From Dictyostelium discoideum (lineage: Eukaryota), in contig CM000152.2 of assembly GCA_000004695.1 (NCBI GenBank), positions 4,832,001 to 4,896,000 on the forward strand: a stretch of 64,000 bases of DNA, written 5' to 3'. Positions 1 through 13,832 of this stretch are shown here, piece after piece (the first letter of the stretch is position 1; each line of letters starts with the position of its first letter). The position numbers and the translations under genes were made by a program. The notes under the pieces were generated by a model. It had not been told where the DNA came from, ran no database searches, and saw only the letters and a list, made by a program, of their open reading frames with translations.

Positions 1-305
1 TTATGTGAATATTAAAAATTTTATTATAAAATAAATAATTGTATTTTGATTGGTTTATTACTTTAATTTTTTTTATTTTTTATTTTTATTTTATTTTTTT
101 TTTTTATTATTATTATTATTTATTAATTAATTGTTGATATTTATACAATTATTAATTTTATTTTACTATTGTTACAAAAAAGTTGGGTTTAGGGATAAAT
201 TAATTGGATTTATTTTTTTATTTCTATTATTATTGTAAAAAAAAAAATAAAAAAAAATAATAAGGTTTTTTTTTTTTTTCAATTGTTTTGATTTGTATTA
301 TGAGG

Positions 306-342
<37 letters not shown>

Positions 343-443
343 AAAATTTAAAGAAAAAAACTGCAAAATTTTGGGAGAGATTCGTTTATAAAATTTTAAA
401 ATTTTAATACAGTCAAAGTAAATTTTTTTTTTTTCTTTTTTTT

Positions 444-481
<38 letters not shown>

Positions 482-1440
482 TTTTTTTTTAAAAAAAAAA
501 AATAAATAATTTTTTCCGATGTTATTATGTGAAATGATGGGAAAACCTATTATCTATTTGTATCTATTTTTAAAAAAAAAAAAAAAAAAAAAATTATATA
601 CACACACAATGAAACTTTTTATAAATATCTTTTTTTGATTTTTTTTATTTTTTTTTAATTTTTTTTTTTGATTTTTTTTTTTTGTGGTTGGACAAGGCCA
701 ATTGCAATTGTGTGATTGGAAGAAAAAAAAAAAAAAATAAAAATAAAAAATAATAAACTATATACAATATTTTTTTTATTTTTTTTATTTTTTTTATAGA
801 ATATTCTTTTTTTTTTTTTGTACAATAAATTTTTTTTTTTTTTTTACAATATTCTTTTTTTTTTTTTTTTTTTTGTTTAGAAGAAAAATAAAAAAAAAAA
901 AAAAAAAAAAAAGGGAAAAATAAAAAAATAAAAAATATTTTATTTGGCAGAAAATTCTATAGAAATAGTTTCTTTAGTTCTGATTATAAATCAATAATTA
1001 AAAATTTTTTCAAAAAAAAATAAAAAAAAAAAAAATATAAAAATAAAAATCTAATTTTAAAAAATTTAAAAAAAAAAAAAAATTTAAAGATTTAAAATTA
1101 ATATAAAAAAATAAAATAAAATGGATCTTTTCATTTAATTCTTTTTATTTTTTATTTTATTTTCTTTATATTTTTTGTTAATTTTTCATTTTTATTACTT
1201 TTATTCTTTTTTTTTTTTTTATTTTTTTATTTTCAATTTATTTTATTTAAAACAAATATTGAGCTTGGATAGAAATTAATTAATAACAAAACTAGTTTTG
1301 TTTTTGGGATTTTTAAAACCATTTTTTAATTTTTTTTATTTTTTTTTTTTATTTTTTTTTATTTTTTTTTTTATTTTTTTTTTAATTTTTTTTTTTTTTT
1401 ATTAATTTTTTGTTTTTTTCCAAAAACTTTAAATAACACA

Positions 1441-2423
<983 letters not shown>

Positions 2424-2793
2424 TCATAAAACAAATATCATTTGGATTATTTTCATCACTTTATATACACATATATATATATTAATATATTTTTTATTTT
2501 TAAAATAATTAGGTGTATTTACAATTAAAATAGAATCATAATTTAAATAAATAAATAAATAAATAATAAATAATTGTGCAATATAAGAAATAATTCTTTC
2601 CTTTTTTTTTTTTTTTCTTTTTTTTTTTTTTTTAGTCATTAACGCATTCAATAACTAATAGGCTTTTATGGATTTTAATTTTAAAAATATAATACCAAGT
2701 TACTTCCATTTTTTTTATTTTATAAAAGAAACAAAATTTTTTTAAAATTATCAATCACTTTTTTTTATGGGTTTTAGATAAAATCTATTCCTA

Positions 2794-2826
<33 letters not shown>

Positions 2827-3696
2827 CAAAATCTTTAAGTTTTATTTAATTAAATGCCTGATGAGTCATTGTTGGTCCAATACTCTACAAAAATAATAAT
2901 AATAAAAAATTGATAAAAAAATAAATCAGGTTGTATTGGAAATAATCATTTTTATTAGATAGGGTTATTATTATTTTTTTTTTTATTTCTTATATTTAAT
3001 CTTTCAATTTTTTTTTTTTTTTTTTTTTTTAATTTCCTTCCATATGTTAATATTTTTTATTTTTTTTTATTTTAAACTCATTTTAATAAATAAATAAATA
3101 AATAATAATTAAATAATTAAAATAGATAATCCAAAAAAAAAAAAAAAAAATTAAGATTAATAATTTTCTCTTATATTTTTTGTGTGGATATTATTCTTTG
3201 TTTTTGGAAAATAAGTTGAACGACAAGAATTATTTTTTTCATAATTCTGTAAAGATAATTTATTTATCCAAAAAAAGGTTACCTAAAAAAATTTTGAAAT
3301 TTTTTTTTTTTCATTCAATAACATTTAAGTATAGATTACAGATAAACATTAAAACAATCAATATTTTTTATTTTCCATTTTTTATTTATTTTTTTTTAAT
3401 TTTTATTTATTTTTTATTTTTTTTTTTTTTTTTAAAATTTTCGTTCGTCAAACGAAAACTTTTCTAAAAAACGAATTTTTTTAATTTTTTTTTTTTTTTT
3501 TTTTTTTTTTTTCTTGATTAATAATATTAATACTACTAATAGTATTAATAATAATTTTTGTACATAGATTAAAATAAACAAACAAAATCGAAAAAAATAA
3601 TAAATAAAAAAATCAAAAGTTTTAAAATCCAAATTTGAAAATCCAAAAAAAAAAAAAAAAATAGTTCAATATATAAAAAATAGATATAAATAAAAA

Positions 3697-4670
3697 ATGT
3701 TAAGAAGAAATGCACGTTTAAGACAAGAATATTTATATAGAAAGAATTTAGAAGGAGCAGATAAAGAAGATTATGAAAAAAAGAGAAGAATTAAGAAAGC
3801 GTTGGATGAAGGTAAACCAATTCCAACTGAATTGGTTGATTTTGAATTTAAACATAGAGATGAGATGAAATTAGATAAATTAGATGGTAATAGACCAAAA
3901 TCAATTGATGATGAATATGCACGTGCAGGTATTCAAGATCCAAAAGTATTAGTTACAACAAGTAGAGAACCAAGTTCACGTTTAATTCAATTCACAAAGG
4001 AATTAAGAATGTTATTCCCAAATTCTCAAAAAATGAATAGAGGTGCACATGTCGTCAAAGAATTGGTTGATGCATGTCGTGCCAATGATGTAACCGATTT
4101 GGTAATTGCACATGAACATCGTGGTGAACCAGTTGGTTTAGTAATTTCTCATTTACCATATGGTCCAACTGCTTATTTTGAAATTAAAAATTGTGTTATG
4201 ATTCATGATATCGATGAAGCAACACCACCATCTTTAGCTTTTCCACATTTAATTTTTCATAATTTTACAACTCCATTAGGTGAAAGAGTAATTATTAATA
4301 ATAACAATTAATATTTATAATATATATATATATTTATTTTTAAAAATTAATAATACTAATATTTTTTTTTTTTTTTTTTTTTTTTTTATTAATTAAATTT
4401 AGACCGAAAATATATTAAAATATTTATTCCCAGTACCAAAGGATGATAGTAGAAGAGTTGTTACATTTTCAAATGATAATGATTTCATTTCATTTAGACA
4501 TCATATTTATGAAAAGGATGGTTATAAAAATGTAATTTTAAAGGAAATTGGTCCAAGATTTGAATTAAAACTTTATAAAATTCAATTGGGTACTCTTGAT
4601 CAAGATGAAGCTGACCTTGAATGGGTATACAAACCATACATGAATAGTACAAAGAATAGATTATTCCTTT

Positions 4671-4672
<2 letters not shown>
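3697..4672 (+). CDS. U3 snoRNP protein IMP4 (Brix domain); exons 3697..4287, 4403..4672
   Basis: N-terminus MLRRNARLRQEYLYRKNLEG is the IMP4 signature. Donor GTAATT at 4288, acceptor AG at 4401-4402. Exon 2 encodes TENILKYLFPVPKDDSRRVVTFSNDNDFISFRHHIYEK...GPRFELKLYKIQLGTLDQDEADLEWVYKPYMNSTKNRLFL, colinear with the human IMP4 C-terminus. Confidence 0.85.
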
Positions 4673-4743
<71 letters not shown>

Positions 4744-4895
4744 TAGTTAAGTGTAGTATCAAAACCAAATATTTAAAATTTTTTTTTAAGAATTATTGCT
4801 AATTAAAAACAAATAAAATATTTAAAATTTTTTATGTTTTTTTATTTTAATATTAAAATCAAATAAAATATAATTAAATTTTATTTAGATTTTCT

Positions 4896-6094
4896 TTAAT
4901 ATACTTCGTTTGATAAGAAAATATTTTTTATCTTACCATTAAATTTCTTTTCAATTATTTTATTTTTTTCATGAACCAATTCAAAATTTAAGATTATTTC
5001 ATTATCTTTCTTGGTTTTTTCTATTAGCTTTCCACTTTTATAACTGTTTTTATCCTTATTTTTAATAATATAAAGAAGACCCTTTTGAAAATCTTTAAAT
5101 AATTTAACTAATTTTAATTTTGAACTTTGAATGTTACAGAATGGGATTTTTTCTTTAAAACCAATTGGAAATTTAACAGTTGCGGAACCAGTACTGGTAT
5201 CAGTTTTAATTATTTCTGACATAAACCAGAATACTTTTTTATCTTCTTCAACTTCATCTTCAAGAAGTGAGGAGGTTCTTACAAGAACATTCTCCTTAGC
5301 TTTGAAAGTGTCATATGTAACATTGGGGGACATTATTAAATTTTTAGTCTCTAAAGGCTCGGATAAAAAAAAAATAAGGCAAAACTGCTTTAGATATTGC
5401 GATGCAGCCTCTGTACTATTTAATATTATAACATTTTCAAATGATTTCCCAGCAGCTATAGATATATTAAAAGATCCAGTCCAAACAGTTTTTGGCTCAA
5501 TTTTACCATTTTCAAATGAACCAAAAACAATAAATTTGTTATGCATACGAGAAATATATTCTGAAGGATTTGTTTGAATTTTTCCGCATACTCGAACCGT
5601 ATCTTCTTCAAAATTTAAAGAGTTCCAGTCAACTATTTTTTTTAGGCAAAATTCATTTCCATACTCCTTAAATATTTTAAGGTAATCTTTCTTTTCTAGA
5701 TCATCCATATTATTCAAATTGGAGTATTTTGTCATTAGTTTTGTATTTTTAATTAACCATGGCTCTTTCAATATCACAATTAATATTCTCACTCCTTTAT
5801 TCTTTGCCAATTTTAATTTTTTTAAAATGTCTAAATTTGTAAACCAAGCAACACAAAATAAAATAAAGTCTCCTTTTTTGGAATTGTCAATTAGGTTAAT
5901 TAGTTCATTAGTTATTCCATGGAATAGACATTTAACACTTTGAGTGTCTTCAATAATTGTTCCTGTAATATTTTATAATATTTGGATTAGTATTTTTTTT
6001 TTATTTTATTTTTATTTTTATTTTTATTTTTTTTACCTCCAACATTAATTTCGGCTTTAAAGTAATTATTTTTAAAAATATTTAAATCATCCAT
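4896..6094 (-). CDS. PLD-like (HKD, Nuc/Zucchini-type) domain protein; exons 6037..6094, 4896..5962
   Basis: Minus-strand ATG at 6094 (MDDLNIFKNNYFKAEINVG). Donor GTAAAA; 74-nt AT-rich intron 5963..6036; acceptor TATTACAG. Exon 2 continues into ORF 4896..5810. The N-terminal block CLFHGITNELINLIDNSKKGDFILFCVAWFTNLDILKKLKLAKNKGVRILIV and the later MHNKFIVFGSFENGKIEPKTVWTGSFNIS resemble the PLD-superfamily HxK...GSxN motif. The usual Asp four residues after the Lys is replaced by Gly. Confidence 0.55.
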
Positions 6095-6297
6095 TTTAAT
6101 AAATAGAAAGAATAGATACAAAAAATAAAAAGTTTTAAAATAAAAATAAATTTTATGTAAAAATGAAAAGTTGGTGTAAATATTTTTATTTTTTTTATTT
6201 TTTTAATTTTTAAATTTTTTTTTTTTTTTTTAATTTTCCCAGATTTTAATTTTTATAAATAAAAAATACCAATAATATATAATTATTATAATAATAA

Positions 6298-6328
<31 letters not shown>

Positions 6329-6617
6329 TAAAAATTAATAACAAAGTATTAAGGTAAGAGGTAGTGATTTGGTTATTTAAAATAATTACCCAAGATTGGA
6401 AAGCTATCATGTTTACGAATAATTTAACCACATGACTTTTGCTTTTACCAGAGTAGTAATTTTTTTTGGATTTGGTAATCAGTGGGAGTTTCAATAACAA
6501 TAGAGGTAGATTCAGCAGCAATTGCACGATAAAGCACATTAGATATAGGATGTTTTAAAAAGCCAACTGATTCAACAAGTTATCATATCTCTTTTCCATT
6601 ATTTCCTTGCATACAAC

Positions 6618-6997
6618 TCAAAGTGAACGAATGGTTTGGCTATAGTGATTTTGAAATGTTTTTGGACTAATACCAAAAGTAACACATATCTCATTAATTG
6701 GAAGATATTGTTTCCACCACAAGAGAGTCTAACACAAAAAAAAAAATAAAAAAAAAATAATGTTATTAATTTATTCATTTTCAACATTTATTTTTATTTT
6801 TTATTTTTATTTTTATTTTTATTATTATATTTATTTTTTATAGTTTTATTTTAATATTAAACACCCACACAAATTATATGTTTATCTTTAGTACGTTTTT
6901 CTTTAAGTTCTTCATTTTCATTAATTAAATTTAATAATTTATCTATAATATCAGGTTCTAATCCAAAAGAATACAACATTAAATTTGGTTGAGTCAT
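6618..6997 (-). CDS. small HTH (psq/CENP-B-like) protein, possibly transposase-derived; exons 6869..6997, 6618..6728
   Basis: Minus-strand ATG at 6997 (MTQPNLMLYSFGLEPDIIDKLLNLINENEELKEKRTKDKHIIC). Candidate donor GTGGGT, 140-nt AT-rich intron, acceptor TGTGTTAG. Exon 2 encodes TLLWWKQYLPINEICVTFGISPKTFQNHYSQTIRSL, a helix-turn-helix pattern like the pogo/Tc5/CENP-B N-terminal domains. No transposase catalytic domain follows. The model is tentative. Confidence 0.3.
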
Positions 6998-7033
6998 TTG
7001 CTTTTTTCTTGGTCAAGAGTTTACCATTTTTTT

Positions 7034-7166
7034 TATTAAAAGAAGGAAATAATTATGAATTTATTTATTTTTTTTATTGATAGAAGGAGATAATTATGAA
7101 TTTTTTTTTTTTTTTTTTTTTTATTAATAGAAGGAAATAATTATGAATTTATTTATTTAATTAAAA
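7034..7166. repeat. three tandem copies of a ~44-bp unit (attaaTAGAAGGAAATAATTATGAATTTATTTATTT)
   Basis: Direct repeats at about 7034, 7074 and 7122, immediately 5' of the minus-strand HTH ORF. Confidence 0.8.
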
Positions 7167-8041
7167 AAACAACACTTAAAAAAAAAAATTTAAAGAAATA
7201 TTTAACATCCCGATTAACATAATTAAATTTTATGTAAAAATTTTTACCCCTTCACATAATAATTTTTTTTTTCCTCAAGTCAAAAAATTATAATATTGGT
7301 ATTTTTTATTTTTTATTATTTTATTATTTTTTTTTCTAGATATATCTTTACCTAATTTTGTAAGCTCCAACCGTGTGTATGTGGAAAACTTTTTTTTTAA
7401 AAATTAATCATTTTAAAATAATTTCAACATACCGAGGAAATTTGGATAATTTAAACAAAATCGTCTTAATATTCTGTATGTTAGCTGATCTTCAAGAAAC
7501 ATATAATGATGGTTTTGGCATTGAATTCGACAAAGATAAACTTAAAGAAATAAAAGAAAAAGAACAGTGTTTGTTGTTAAATAAAATAACTAAAATATAA
7601 AAAAAAAGGGATGAATAAAAAATAAAAAATTAAAATCTGGGATAACAAAAAAAAAAAAAAAATAAAAAAATAAAAATATTTACACCAACATTTCATTTTT
7701 TCATAAAAGTTTAAATATTAAAAAAAAAAATCTTGGAGGAAAAAAAAAAAATTAAATTTAATATAATCCATTAATATAATCCTTTATATTTACCCAGTCA
7801 TTGCACCAGCCAAGCCATAATTTTATTAATAGTTTTTGGGTTTTTTTGGAATTCAAAAAAATCTTTTTCAAGAAAAGCCATAATTATTTTTGTTGGCTTT
7901 GATAAATTTTAAATTCATTTTAGATTTATTAAAAATGAAACTATTTTATATTTTATTATTTATTATTTTTAATTTAAAATATTTAAAATGCAATATATAT
8001 AATAATAAATAAATTTTTTTTCTAAATAAAATACAATGTTA

Positions 8042-8072
<31 letters not shown>

Positions 8073-8108
8073 TATTTGAGATTATATATATATTTTTTTT
8101 AAAATTAA

Positions 8109-11100
8109 TTATTTATGAGATTGATCTTCAGATTGAGATAAATTTGGACGTCTTGATAAGAAATTACTAGTTCTACCAGATGGAGTTGTTGGTTGAGTAG
8201 AACCACCTTTACTACTTGCCCAACTACCACCACTACTTGAAAGATGTGGAGAAGGTTGTGGAGATATGGTTGGAGAAATTGGTGGAGGAGGTAAAGTGAA
8301 AGTACCAATTAAAGCTGATTGAGTTCTATCTTTTCTGAAAAGATTAACTGAAGAGGTTTTAACGAATTTAAAGTTATTTGCCATTGGTAGATTTTCAGTA
8401 TTTTGATAGAGTTGTGATTGATCCAAAGGTTCGAAATGGAATTCATAGAATTTTTGAATGGTCATATCATGCTTGAAACTTTCAGTGATATCAGAGATAA
8501 GTTTCTTACGATTGGTATATATATGTTGAGTTTTACCATCACCAGAACTAAGATTCAATAGGGATTGATTTGAATTGACCACTGATAATCTAATGACATT
8601 GGCAAGTATATGTTTACTAATGATAATTTCATCATTGACAGGACCAGTTTTCATACGATTACTATGAGTAGCTTTTCTGAGTGTTTTCAAACGGAATAGA
8701 TCATTTTCAAGTGGTGTAATGACAATTTGAATTGCGTGTGGGAAAGTTTCCAATAATGTCTTTTCATAGACTTCAATTGAACCATTGAACCAAATGACTG
8801 ATACGTTTGTTTTGTTTATAAGTTTTTTCTTATGTTCTTGAGAACTATTATTTGCAATATCAGAATTTGGCATCATTGTTGAAACAAAGAATACCATTTC
8901 ACGTGAATGAGTTGCATAGTATGGTGTAAATTGACCATGAGTAAGATTCTTTTTATCTAAATCACCCAAGAAACCAGTATGAGTTGAAATTGGTACTAAC
9001 CAACCAAGTGATGCAATGAAATCTTGATAATCTTGAGTAGTATTACTAGTGACATTATTATAGATATCGTCTTCGGTTGAGTCACCCTTTTTCACATAGA
9101 TAATTGGTATTTTAATTTGAACTCTTTCAGAGACACTATCCAACATATTTAAAGATTGGAAAAATTGAACACTATTCTCCAATGGTGTCAATTTATTTCT
9201 ATTCTCTTGATTTAAGAAACCTAAATGTGTCAATAGAATACGAGCTTGTTGTAATTTACAATCACCATTGAATGAAGTTTTTAAAACTGGTGGATGTGTT
9301 GTAATTGATGGAGTAAGTGAATATTTATTTGCAAAAAGTTTTTGTTTTTCAACTTCCATTTGATTATCAATTAATTTTGTGAAATTTTCATCAATATGTT
9401 TTTCAATATATGATGATAAATCTCCAAAATCTTCAACATTTTCAATATAAGATGATATAAATGGTTCTTCATTACAATTATATTGTGATCTCTTTTTAAT
9501 TGGTACTTTATTATTTGATGTTGATTTTATACTGTTATTTGATGTTGTAGTAGTATTATTATTTGAAATAGTATTATCAATAGTAGTAGCAGTAGTATTA
9601 GTTGGAACTGAATCATCACCATCATCAATTTGTGATTCTTTTTCATTTGTAATTGGTTGTTGAATTTCACTAATTTCTCTTTGTTTAAATGGTAAGAAAG
9701 CTAATTGTGAATTTATAACTGATTTACCAGACATATCACGAATAATTAATGTAACATAACTATCGGATGGACTTGAACTAGTTGAAGTGAATGGTTGATC
9801 AATGACAGTGATAATGATTGAATCACCAATTGCATAGAAACGTAAACTTTGTTCAGATGGGAAATTCTTTATACCTAAATGTTTCTCTGCTTTTGCTTTA
9901 ATTTGTGTAATGATATCAGATTCGGTTACTTTTGATGAGGTATTGGTTGGTGTAGCATTATATGGATTTGGGAAATAACTAATTTTACTCATAATTGCTT
10001 TAAGAGCACATTGTGCAACTTCTTTAACTTTTGGTGAAATGTTATTATTAATATATGGTTTTGGTCTTTTAAATGAACCACCATTGGCACTATTACTATT
10101 ATTACCACTACCACCAGTTGAAGATGGTTGTGAGGAGGAGGAGGAGGAGGAGTTTGATTTACTACCACTATCAACACCACCACTGCCACTACCAGTAGAG
10201 GATGGTTGTGAGGAATTACCACTACCACTACTACCACCACCACCAATTGAAGAGATACCAGTATTTGAAACTGAAGATGAAATTGAAGCATTTGAAGAGA
10301 TAATATCATTTGGACTCTTTGCACCCATTGCAACTGACAAAGCATTGAAAACCATATAGAAAGTACTTGTATCAGTTAAATAATTGCCTTCGAAAATCCA
10401 AGGGCTTACAACAACCCAATCAGCGATAGTTGAACAACCCAATGAAATTAAATCTTCAGTTTCAGGGGACATATTAGTTTCTTTACATTTGAAAGTGATA
10501 AATTTACATAGCTTTCTTACTACGGTACTTGCATTCTCTAAAAAGTTTGGAATTCTTTGATGTTGACTAGCCAAATCTGATAACAATTGGAAAGAACTTA
10601 AGATTACATCATGAGACCATTGATTTGTAAATGAAGAACATTTCTTTAAGATTGTATTAATACTTTGATGAATGAAAGAGGAAGTGATTAATTTACCATC
10701 TGGATAAGGTTTGACATGTTGATGTTGGTACTCCAATTGGTAGAACATAATGTACCAAATTAAAGTCAACAAATTTGAAGAGGACATTTCAGTATTTAAT
10801 GCAGAGAGAATTAAATAAGCTAAATGTGGTTTTAAATCGTCATAGGTATTGATTTCATTTGGTGGTAGTGTTAATTCATTATGTTTACCATCGATGATAT
10901 CATTTGGTAATGGTGGATATGGGTCAATCGTACGACCAGGGAAGAAATTATGAAATTTAACAGTTTCATAACGATTTGGTAAACAAAGTATTGAACCCAA
11001 TATTTTTATAGCACATCTACGTAACTCTGGATCATTTGTACCTTGAGCGGTTAAAATATGATTGAGTGCACGAATGTAGGATGGAATGAGTATTCTTGAA

Positions 11101-12085
11101 CCTGGTAAACCTGAACTGAAAATATTTTGAGAATGAATGATTGTGTCTCTAAGTATTTTACCATCACACCAAAGTGCTTCACTGATACAAGTGTAGAAAC
11201 AACTTAGATAAATTGGAAGGAATTCTATTTTTCTTGAACAAGATAGGAAAATATGTAATAGAATTTCACTACCCAATGAAATACCTTCATCAAAGCCTGG
11301 TTTGATAGTTTTAACAGCTTCGAAAATCCATGAGCCGAAAATGTGTAAAATGGCATTACCATCATTGGTTACTGATAAAAACATTGAAACCAAATGAAAG
11401 ATACCAGTGATTGCCTCTGAGAAGATTGCAGGACTTTTAATTTGATTTGGGTTACCAATCAAGTTTAGTATACGATTCCATGCATAGTATAGATACTCTT
11501 TTTCAAATTCAATACTTGTTTCATCCAATCTAATGGTTATGGTTGATTTAGACTGATGATCATTGGTGTATATTGATTGCACCAATGGAGTTGTCAATGC
11601 CAAACATGTCAAATTCCATTGATTGACAGTTGGCATATGGTGGAACCAGCCTTGAGCATACTTTGTGAGTGAATTCCATAGGGTTGGATTCAAAGTTTTA
11701 GATTGTAACCAAACTTCAAATAATGTCTTCAAAAGTAATGGACATAAATTACGTGCCAACATTTCATCACTATTGGAATGAATACCAAGTATACAATCGG
11801 TAATTGATAACATCAATCGATTCCAATGCTCCAATGTATCGGTTGAGAATGAACGTGAATATGTACCACGTGACATCTCCAAATAGATTTGTAATACTTT
11901 TTGACATAATACTGAATGACTATCAATTAATTCTTTAACTGAAATATTTGGTAATTGTACATTACCACTATAATTATTTGAACTATATAAAGCTGTTGTT
12001 GATGATTGTACCATCATTGATGATCCTGGCATAACTGATTCTCTATATTTTGATCCTTTAACTGTACCAGTTGTTATTGATGGTG

Positions 12086-12162
<77 letters not shown>

Positions 12163-12457
12163 ACTACTTCATTAAATCCACCAACCTCTTGTTGTAAAAA
12201 TTGTTGTTGTAATGTATCTTTAATTGGTGTTGTTGGTGTTGTTGGTGATGTTGCTGCTGTTGTTGTTGCAGATATTTGTTGAGGTGGTGGTGATGATTGT
12301 TGATTTACACCTAAAAAACTTCCACTATTACTACCACCACCTTCTTTATCTTTATTTAAACTTAAACTACTACCTGATCCTGAATTTGAACTTGATAATA
12401 TTGGTGAATTATTATTACTTGATTCTTTATTATTACTGCCGCTATTTGTATTATTAC

Positions 12458-12536
<79 letters not shown>

Positions 12537-12968
12537 ATTAATATTACTATTATTACTATTATTATTACTATTATTATTACTCATACTAATATAATGTGGA
12601 TATGATCTTGGTTGAAAAATTAAAGTTAAATGTTCAATAATTTTCTTATGAAAATATTCATCATCATCATCAATTAATGGTGTTGGTTTATGTTTTGGAT
12701 CAAATAACCATTTCTTATATAATTCAATACATTGTAAGATGATTTGAGAATCTTCAATTGGTAAAAGGAAACCTTGTTCTGTAATTTCCATAATCCATTG
12801 TAAATGTTCTTTACTTGTTACTATAAATTGTGTATTGCCATTTGGTGGCTCCAATAAAAAATTAACTGTTTGAAATACTAATATTCTCTTAACTGATAAT
12901 GGAAAATCTTTTAAAATACCCGTATCTTTAATAAATTGAAAATTATTAGTAAATGAGTTTGTAATCAT
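8109..12968 (-). CDS. large Rap/Ran-GAP domain protein (RalGAP-alpha/tuberin-like), 1619 aa, single exon
   Basis: Uninterrupted 4860-nt minus ORF. The C-terminal region (HLGFLNQENRNKLTPLENSVQFFQSLNMLDSVSERVQIKIPIIYVKKGDST...GWLVPISTHTGFLGDLDKKNLTHGQFTPYYATHSREMVFFVSTMMPNS...KTNVSVIWFNGSIEVYEK) has the Rap-GAP domain pattern. The long helical N-terminal region fits RalGAP-alpha/TSC2-type proteins. Internal polyQ, polyN and S/G-rich tracts are present. Confidence 0.8.
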
Positions 12969-12969
12969 A

Positions 12970-13008
<39 letters not shown>

Positions 13009-13617
13009 TATTATTATTTTATTATTATTTATTATTTGATTTGATTTTTTTATTTGATTTGATTTATTTATTAAAAAAAAAAAAATAAAAAATAAAAAGA
13101 AGAAAAAAAAAAAAAAAATTTTAAAAAAAAAAAAAAAAAGAAACTAAAAAAAAAAAAGAAACTAAAATAACTAATAATAAGATGCCATTACTTACTCTTT
13201 TCAGATCCCAATAAATTAATGGATGAGGCCCAGTCAAGAAACATTTTGGCGGTATATGGTTTTTTTTTTTTTTTTTTTTTTTTTTATTTTCTGATAATAT
13301 TACACATATGAACAATCAATCTTAGAGAAAAAAAAAAAAAAAAAAAAAACCAATCACACCCTTTATTCGAGATCAATTACCAAAAAAAATAAAATTATAT
13401 AAAGGATGGGGGTGAAAAAAAGAAAAGTAAAAAAATTTTATTATTATTATAAAAATTACAACAAAATCATAGAATTGAATAAAAAAAATATCTGAGAAAA
13501 AAAAAATTAAAAAATAAAAACTAAAAAAAAAAAATTAAAAAAAAAAAAAAATAAAAAAAAAAATAAAAAAAAAAAATAAAAAAAAAAATACAAAAAAAAA
13601 AAAAAAAAAGAAAAAAA

Positions 13618-13659
13618 CAGTGTTTTAAAAAATCTAGTGCGATGCACGAAGAAATTAAA
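13618..13659. repeat. copy 1 of a conserved ~45-nt intergenic motif containing the palindrome GTGCGATGCAC (13637..13647)
   Basis: ACAGTGTTTTAAAAAATCTAGTGCGATGCACGAAGAAATTAAATTTTTT. A second copy lies at 13793..13832 with about 46 of 49 positions identical. Confidence 0.85.
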
Positions 13660-13681
13660 TTTTTTTTTTTTTTTTTTTCTT

Positions 13682-13717
<36 letters not shown>

Positions 13718-13792
13718 CATTTTTTTTTTTAAGAAAACATAGAAATGTTATACACAAAAAATTTTAAAAAAAAAAATATAAAAAAAAAAAAA

Positions 13793-13832
13793 CAATGTTA
13801 AAAAATCTTGTGCGATGCACGAAGAAATTAAA
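13793..13832. repeat. copy 2 of the GTGCGATGCAC-containing motif (palindrome at 13810..13820)
   Basis: ACAATGTTAAAAAATCTTGTGCGATGCACGAAGAAATTAAAGTTTTTTT. It lies 173 bp downstream of copy 1, in the A/T desert between two minus-strand genes. Confidence 0.85.

Noticed and set aside
3180-3632. Many 60-100 aa ORFs rich in F, K, I, L, N in intergenic regions (for example 1382..1603, 2424..2651, 3180..3467, 3432..3632, 13121..13315, 16912..17106, 17672..17854, 19275..19547, 47016..47723, 49960..51133, 55944..56195, 56930..57160)
   Set aside because: They are encoded by A/T homopolymers and AT-rich filler (poly-Phe, poly-Lys). They lack complexity, conserved motifs and splice context.
7790-7900. 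Minus-strand 27-codon ORF MAFLEKDFFEFQKNPKTINKIMAWLVQ
   Set aside because: It is too short, no usable donor removes its TGA, and no family was recognised. It is possibly real, but the sequence gives no support.
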